Of a DNA stretch of 32,000 nt, positions 27,242 through 32,000 are shown piece by piece. How positions within the stretch are numbered: the first letter of the stretch is position 1; every line of letters starts with the position of its first letter. Made by a program: the position numbers and the translations under genes. The notes under the pieces are model-generated. The model saw nothing but the letters and a program-made list of their open reading frames with translations. It ran no database searches and had not been told where the DNA came from. Origin of the DNA: Candidatus Methylomirabilis oxygeniifera (GTDB lineage Bacteria; Methylomirabilota; Methylomirabilia; Methylomirabilales; Methylomirabilaceae); assembly GCA_000091165.1 (NCBI GenBank), contig FP565575.1, forward strand, positions 2,370,001-2,402,000, in the 5' to 3' direction.

Positions 27242-28762
27242 ATGAAGAAATCCTCATCCTCATTAATCGCAATCGGTGGTGAAGGTGTGCGAGCGGCTCG
27301 TCGATGCGCCATCTCTCCTCCTTCCCCTTCCGTCGAACAGCGCTCAACGCTCCCCCTGATCATTCAAGGCGGTATGGGTGCCGCTGTCTCCAACTGGCGG
27401 CTAGCCAACGCCGTGGCACGAACGGGCCAGTTGGGGGTCGTCTCCGGCACCGGTCTCGATACGGTGTTCGTACGTCGCCTGCAGGATGGCGATTGTGGCG
27501 GTCACATGCGGCGCGGGATGGAACAGTTTCCGATCCGTCGCGCTGCAGACGAGGCCATGCGCCGCTACTATCGGCCCGAGGGCCGGGCGCCGGGTGAGCC
27601 GTACACGATGCTTCCCCTGTACCGCCAGGTGGTGGCTCCCGCTCGGCACGAGCTCACCATGCTGGCCGCATTCGTCGAAGTGTTCCTTGCCAGAGAGGGA
27701 CACGATGCGCCGGTCGGTATCAATCTGCTCACCAAAATTCAGCTACTCACGCTGCCGACGCTCTACGGCGCGATGCTCGCCGGGGTCGGCTACGTCCTGA
27801 TGGGCGCCGGCATCCCGCGAGAGATTGCAGGAGCGCTCGACCTGCTTGCCGGGCACCACACGGCCAGGCTCCGATTCGACGTGGAGGGACTCCCCTCCGA
27901 CGCCGTCGAATACCTCGAGTTTGACCCCAGCGCTCATTGGGAGACGTCGCCGCCGCCACTCGTGCGGCCGAAGTTCTTCCCGATCGTCGCAAGTAACTCC
28001 CTGGCGACGATGCTTGCCCGCAAGGCGATCGGCCAGGTGGACGGATTCGTGATCGAAGGCCCCACCGCCGGTGGCCACAACGCCCCACCTCGCGGGGAGC
28101 CATGGTTTAACGAGCGCGGTGAGCCGATCTACAGCAAACGCGACGAGGTAGACCTCGAGAAGATCAGGGAGCTGGGACTGCCTTTCTGGGTGGCGGGCGG
28201 GACCGGACACCCCGAGTGCCTGGTTGCGGCACGCAAGGCGGGAGCCGCTGGAATTCAGGTCGGGACACTCTTCGCCTTCTGCGACGAATCAGGGATCGCC
28301 GAGCCGATCAAGCGCTCGGTACTCGCCCATGCGGCCCGTGGCGAGGTAGACGTTCGCACGGAGCCCCGCGCATCGCCCACCGGCTTTCCAATCAAGGTTG
28401 TGGAATGGGCCGAGAATCCCGCCATGGGCATATCGCGCGAGCGGGTCTGCGATCTGGGGTACCTGCGTGTCGCCTTCATGACGGCGGATGGGAAAATAGA
28501 CTACCGGTGCCCCAGTGAGCCGGAGGCCGCCTACGTGAAAAAGGGCGGCAGGATGGAGGATACGATCGGCCGTCAGTGCCTGTGCAACGCGCTGCTCTCC
28601 GTCATCGGTCACCCGCAGATCAGTGCCGACGGGACCGTGGAGCCGCCGATCGTGACCAGCGGCGATGATCTTGCGACCATCGGTGACTTCCTGGGCGACC
28701 GGACGAGCTACACTGCCGCAGACGTCGTCGCCTATCTGTTGTCAGATCGTGGTGCGGCCTAG
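27242..28762 (+). CDS. Nitronate monooxygenase / 2-nitropropane dioxygenase-like TIM-barrel protein
   Basis: PLIIQGGMGAAVSNWRLANAVARTGQLGVVSGTGLDTV, VGYVLMGAGIPREI, FVIEGPTAGGHNAPPRG, WVAGGTGHPECLVAARKAGAAGIQVGTLFAFC. Confidence 0.87.
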   Translation: MKKSSSSLIAIGGEGVRAARRCAISPPSPSVEQRSTLPLIIQGGMGAAVSNWRLANAVARTGQLGVVSGTGLDTVFVRRLQDGDCGGHMRRGMEQFPIRRAADEAMRRYYRPEGRAPGEPYTMLPLYRQVVAPARHELTMLAAFVEVFLAREGHDAPVGINLLTKIQLLTLPTLYGAMLAGVGYVLMGAGIPREIAGALDLLAGHHTARLRFDVEGLPSDAVEYLEFDPSAHWETSPPPLVRPKFFPIVASNSLATMLARKAIGQVDGFVIEGPTAGGHNAPPRGEPWFNERGEPIYSKRDEVDLEKIRELGLPFWVAGGTGHPECLVAARKAGAAGIQVGTLFAFCDESGIAEPIKRSVLAHAARGEVDVRTEPRASPTGFPIKVVEWAENPAMGISRERVCDLGYLRVAFMTADGKIDYRCPSEPEAAYVKKGGRMEDTIGRQCLCNALLSVIGHPQISADGTVEPPIVTSGDDLATIGDFLGDRTSYTAADVVAYLLSDRGAA

Positions 28763-28793
28763 GGGTGTTTCGGCCTAACCATCTACCACTGCA

Positions 28794-29501
28794 ATGAAAC
28801 CACTCCTGGTCTTTCAGCACATCGGGTGCGAGACGCCTGGTATTTTTCTCGACCTGCTCCAGACGCAGCAGCGACCCGTGGAAACGGTGAGGCTGTACGA
28901 GGGCGATCGGCCGCCAAAGGATCTGTCGCCATTTTCCGGACTGCTGGTCATGGGCGGGCCGATGAGTGTCAACGACGAAGCGGATTATCCGTGGTTGAGG
29001 GAGGAGGATCGACTCCTGAAAGAGGCACTGGAGCTCGATTTTCCCACATTGGGCATTTGCCTCGGCTCACAACTCATTGCCAAGGCGGCCGGCGGGACGA
29101 TCCGCCAGGGGCCGTGCAAGGAGATCGGCTGGTACCCGATCCAGCTCACGACGGCGGCGCGCCACGATCGACTATTTGGCGGATTCCACGAGTCGGTTGA
29201 GGTGTTCGAGTGGCACGGCGAGTACTTTGATACGCCGCCGGGGGCAGTCAACCTTGCCAGGTCGGCACTCTACGAGTGTCAGGCCTTTTCGATCGATCGC
29301 AACGTCTACGGCCTGTTGTTTCATCTCGAGGTCACGTCGTCGATGGTCTCCGACTGGGTCAGGATCTTTGCGCAGGAGCTGGATGGGGTCAAGGACTATA
29401 TCCGGCCCGATACGATCCTTGAACAGCTTCCATCCAGAATCGACGCACTCAACCGGCGAGCCAGGATTCTCTTCGCGCACTTCTGCGAGAACCTACGCTA
29501 A
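28794..29501 (+). CDS. Class I glutamine amidotransferase (GMP-synthase-like GATase)
   Basis: LLVMGGPMSVNDEADYPWL, FPTLGICLGSQLIAKAAGG (Cys nucleophile), GWYPIQLT, VFEWHGEYFDTPPG. Confidence 0.93.
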   Translation: MKPLLVFQHIGCETPGIFLDLLQTQQRPVETVRLYEGDRPPKDLSPFSGLLVMGGPMSVNDEADYPWLREEDRLLKEALELDFPTLGICLGSQLIAKAAGGTIRQGPCKEIGWYPIQLTTAARHDRLFGGFHESVEVFEWHGEYFDTPPGAVNLARSALYECQAFSIDRNVYGLLFHLEVTSSMVSDWVRIFAQELDGVKDYIRPDTILEQLPSRIDALNRRARILFAHFCENLR

Positions 29502-29800
29502 CTGCCGGGCGGCTTAAGACGGACCACTGTCGCCCCCCAACCTCCGGCCTGTAGCGGCGCATCGGCACAGGACAGGACATCGGGATGGTTCGTCAGAAGT
29601 CGCCTGACGATTGCCCGCTGCGTACCGGTTCCCTTCCCGTGAATCAGCCGCACGTCCAGGATTCCAGCCTGACGGCACTGCCATAGATACTCCTCGACCA
29701 CCGAGACGATCTCTTTCGGCGCAAAGGGGTGAAGGTCGAGCAGTCCCTCGATCGGTACGCAGACCGGTTCTTCAAAAGGCGGGAGATTCTCGGGTGTCAT
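29498..29800 (-). CDS. Small Smr-domain protein
   Basis: GLLDLHPFAPKEIVSVVEEYLWQCRQAGILDVRLIHGKGTGTQRAIVRRLLTNH...GWGATVVRL. The ATG at 29800 is preferred over the tracked start at 30082, which overlaps the permease gene. Confidence 0.87.
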   Translation of the reverse strand: MTPENLPPFEEPVCVPIEGLLDLHPFAPKEIVSVVEEYLWQCRQAGILDVRLIHGKGTGTQRAIVRRLLTNHPDVLSCADAPLQAGGWGATVVRLKPPGS

Positions 29801-29817
29801 GGCAGCGTCCTGATAAC

Positions 29818-30321
29818 CTACGATCGGAGAAACAGGGCGTACAGACGCTGGCCGATCATGCCGACAATCGGTGGCAGGAACAGGCTGGGAAGTGTCCTGG
29901 CCATGACAAAGGCCCAGCCCAGAAACGGGACCTCCCACGTGAACAATCGAATCGGCGACAGAAGCGCCTTCGCCGTGATAAAGGTGAGTAGCGGCCCGAC
30001 CCCCATTCCTTCCCTGAAGAGCGACGCGGCCAAAGGGAAGACGATATACGGCCCGCCGGGCATCAGCAGACCCACCAGCCACCCGAGCAGGATGCCCTGC
30101 ACGCCGGACTCCTTACCCATCCATTTGACCAGCAGCTCCCGGGGAACGAGCACCTCGAAGAGGCCGGCCAGACAGAAACCGAACAACAGCGGCAGCCAGA
30201 CCTCCCGGAGCAGCCCGAATCCGGCCTGAATACCCTGCAGGGGCAGATCCTTCCCTTTCGTCAAGGCCCACGCAATCATCAGGATGGTCAGCCCCCCCAT
30301 CACAAGGACGTCGGTATCCAT
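29818..30321 (-). CDS. Permease-like integral membrane protein (half-size)
   Basis: Hydrophobic, WLPLLFGFCLAGLFEVLVPRELLVKWMGKESGVQGILLGWLVGLLMPGGPYIVFPLAASLFREGMGVGPLLTFITAK. The tracked ORF extends to 30360. Confidence 0.72.
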   Translation of the reverse strand: MDTDVLVMGGLTILMIAWALTKGKDLPLQGIQAGFGLLREVWLPLLFGFCLAGLFEVLVPRELLVKWMGKESGVQGILLGWLVGLLMPGGPYIVFPLAASLFREGMGVGPLLTFITAKALLSPIRLFTWEVPFLGWAFVMARTLPSLFLPPIVGMIGQRLYALFLRS

Positions 30322-30395
30322 GGTCTTTTTTCCCCTCTGCGTCGTCGGTGTGTCTGCCACACCACTCCTCCCGTGATCGAAGGCCTGAGGATGAA

Positions 30396-31787
30396 TCAGG
30401 GCCGGGATAGGCCGAACTTCTTAAGCCGATAACGAAGCGTGTCTCGACTGAGGCGAAGCAGCCTGGCGGCCTTCGTCTGATTGCCGCCGCTGTCCCGTAA
30501 CGCCAGCTCCACCAACGACCGTTCCCACGCCTCCAGGTCGATCCCCTCCCGCGGGAGCGCCCCAGGAACAAGACCGGCAGTCGACAGGAGGTCCGGCGAC
30601 GTGCTCGGCGGCACAGGGGCCAGAGAGAGCTGATCGATCGACAGCCGATCCCCGTGGCTCCACAGGACGGCACGCTCGATGACGTGGCTCAGCTCCCGAA
30701 TGTTGCCGGGCCACGAATACTCAAGGAGGGTTCGGGCGGCCCGGTTGTCGATCGTGCGAATCGCCTTACCGTACTTGGCGTTGAACGTCTCCAGAAAGTG
30801 GGTGGCGAGCAGCAAGATATCCTCGTCGCGCTCGCGCAATGGCGGCAGATCGATGGTGATGACGGCAAGCCGATAGTAGAGGTCTTTTCTAAATCGAGCG
30901 GCCTTGACCTCGGTTTCGAGGTCCCGATGGGTGGCAGCTACAATCGTGACATCCACTCGCCGATCCCGTAGCCCCCCGACCCGACGGATGACCCGTTCCT
31001 CGACGGCGCGAAGCAGCTTGCCTTGAAGGGCGAGTTCGGTGTCGCCCACCTCGTCCAGGTAGAGGAAGCCTCCATCAGCCGCCTCGAACAGACCCATCTT
31101 CGATTCCTTCGCATCGGTAAACGCCCCGCGCTCGTATCCGAACAGTTCCGCCTCCATCAGCGTGGCTGGGAGCGCCGTGCAGTTGATCTCGATGAAGGCG
31201 CGTGACGCCCGCCGACTGTGGCGGTGCAGTGTGCGCGCCACCAACCCTTTTCCGGTCCCCGTCTCCCCTGTGATCAGAATGGGGGGGGAGTCCTCCAACG
31301 CGGCAATCTGCTGGATCCGAGCAACGATCTCGCACATGGCCGCGCACTTCCCGATAATCCCCATGTAGGGGCGCTCCCGGACGTCCCGCTCCCTGTAATA
31401 GGAGAGCTCCTGTCGCAACCGTGCGCTCTCACACGCCCGGTCGGCCAGCATCTTCAGTTCATCAAGGTCGACCGGTTTCTTAATGTAGTCGAACGCTCCC
31501 AGCTTGACCGCCTCCACCGCTCCCTCAATGGAGCCGTAGGCGGTCATGATGATGACGGCAATATTGCGGTCGAACTCTTTGATTCTGCTCAGCAACTCCA
31601 TGCCGCTTTGGCCCGGCAGGCAGACATCCAGAAAGACCAGGTCCGGACGGAGGCGATCCAGCAGCTCCAGCGCCCTGTCGGCGTTCTCAGCCACTTCCGC
31701 CTCGTACCCCTGTTCGGTCATGAACAGCTTGATCGAGCGAGCCAGGGTGCGCTCATCGTCCACAATTAACAGAGTCGAGGGGTTCAT
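30396..31787 (-). CDS. Sigma54-dependent NtrC-family response regulator (receiver, AAA+, Fis-type HTH)
   Basis: Receiver ([14 protein letters not shown]), Walker [24 protein letters not shown] variant of [35 protein letters not shown]. Confidence 0.95.
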   Translation of the reverse strand: MNPSTLLIVDDERTLARSIKLFMTEQGYEAEVAENADRALELLDRLRPDLVFLDVCLPGQSGMELLSRIKEFDRNIAVIIMTAYGSIEGAVEAVKLGAFDYIKKPVDLDELKMLADRACESARLRQELSYYRERDVRERPYMGIIGKCAAMCEIVARIQQIAALEDSPPILITGETGTGKGLVARTLHRHSRRASRAFIEINCTALPATLMEAELFGYERGAFTDAKESKMGLFEAADGGFLYLDEVGDTELALQGKLLRAVEERVIRRVGGLRDRRVDVTIVAATHRDLETEVKAARFRKDLYYRLAVITIDLPPLRERDEDILLLATHFLETFNAKYGKAIRTIDNRAARTLLEYSWPGNIRELSHVIERAVLWSHGDRLSIDQLSLAPVPPSTSPDLLSTAGLVPGALPREGIDLEAWERSLVELALRDSGGNQTKAARLLRLSRDTLRYRLKKFGLSRP

Positions 31788-32000
31788 GTTGTCCTGTCCC
31801 GGTTGCCCGATGAGGTCGGTAGTGTGATGCTCACTGTGGTTCCGACTCCCGGTGTGCTGGCGATGTCCAGTGATCCGCCGTTCTGCACCACATACCGTTT
31901 TGCGATGGCGAGGCCAAGACCGGTTCCTTCCGCCCTCGTCGTGAAGAATGGATCACAGACCGACGGGAGGACCTGTGTGGCGATCCCATTTCCGGTATCG
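31784..32000 (-). CDS. Sensor histidine kinase, C-terminal ATPase fragment (partial)
   Basis: Minus strand ...[72 protein letters not shown]1/F/G2 box pattern, with ATGA overlap with the response regulator. Confidence 0.9.
   Translation of the reverse strand, partial: DTGNGIATQVLPSVCDPFFTTRAEGTGLGLAIAKRYVVQNGGSLDIASTPGVGTTVSITLPTSSGNRDRTT

Noticed and set aside
1-32000. Search by eye for CRISPR arrays, rRNA, prophage modules, restriction-modification, toxin-antitoxin or abortive-infection genes
   Set aside because: No regularly spaced direct repeats, rRNA-like blocks or recognisable defence or phage proteins were seen. The only mobile element supported is the transposase unit at 26.5-27.2 kb.

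Overview
The window has the layout of an ordinary bacterial chromosome: GC-rich and densely coded. From left to right it carries: a partial mutS2; yqeY and rpsU; a secreted cyclophilin; a decayed TolB/PD40 fragment; a lipoprotein gene; htpX; a heat-shock block (hspR, dnaJ, hsp20, dnaK); cutA; a LysM-containing lytic transglycosylase; a CotA-like multicopper oxidase followed by a large secreted cytochrome c / type-1 copper / His-rich beta-propeller protein; a nucleotide-sugar precursor cassette (rmlA-long, rmlC-like, rmlB, split PMI and GMP genes, a truncated gmd, a UXS-like decarboxylase); ilvE; a small cytochrome c; thiI; a Y1/RAYT-type transposase between short inverted repeats; a nitronate monooxygenase-like gene; a class I glutamine amidotransferase; an Smr-domain gene; a permease; and a sigma54 response regulator with the 3' end of its kinase gene. 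The best candidate for a poorly described system is the multicopper oxidase plus multi-metal propeller pair (about 13.1-18.1 kb). It is bounded by a strong 14-bp terminator-like hairpin, and next to that lies a near-consensus promoter for the sugar cassette. Second best is a family of intergenic, heptamer-periodic, paired inverted elements, seen three times within 3.4 kb and each time just 3' of a gene. All family calls come from motifs read by eye. No database search was run.
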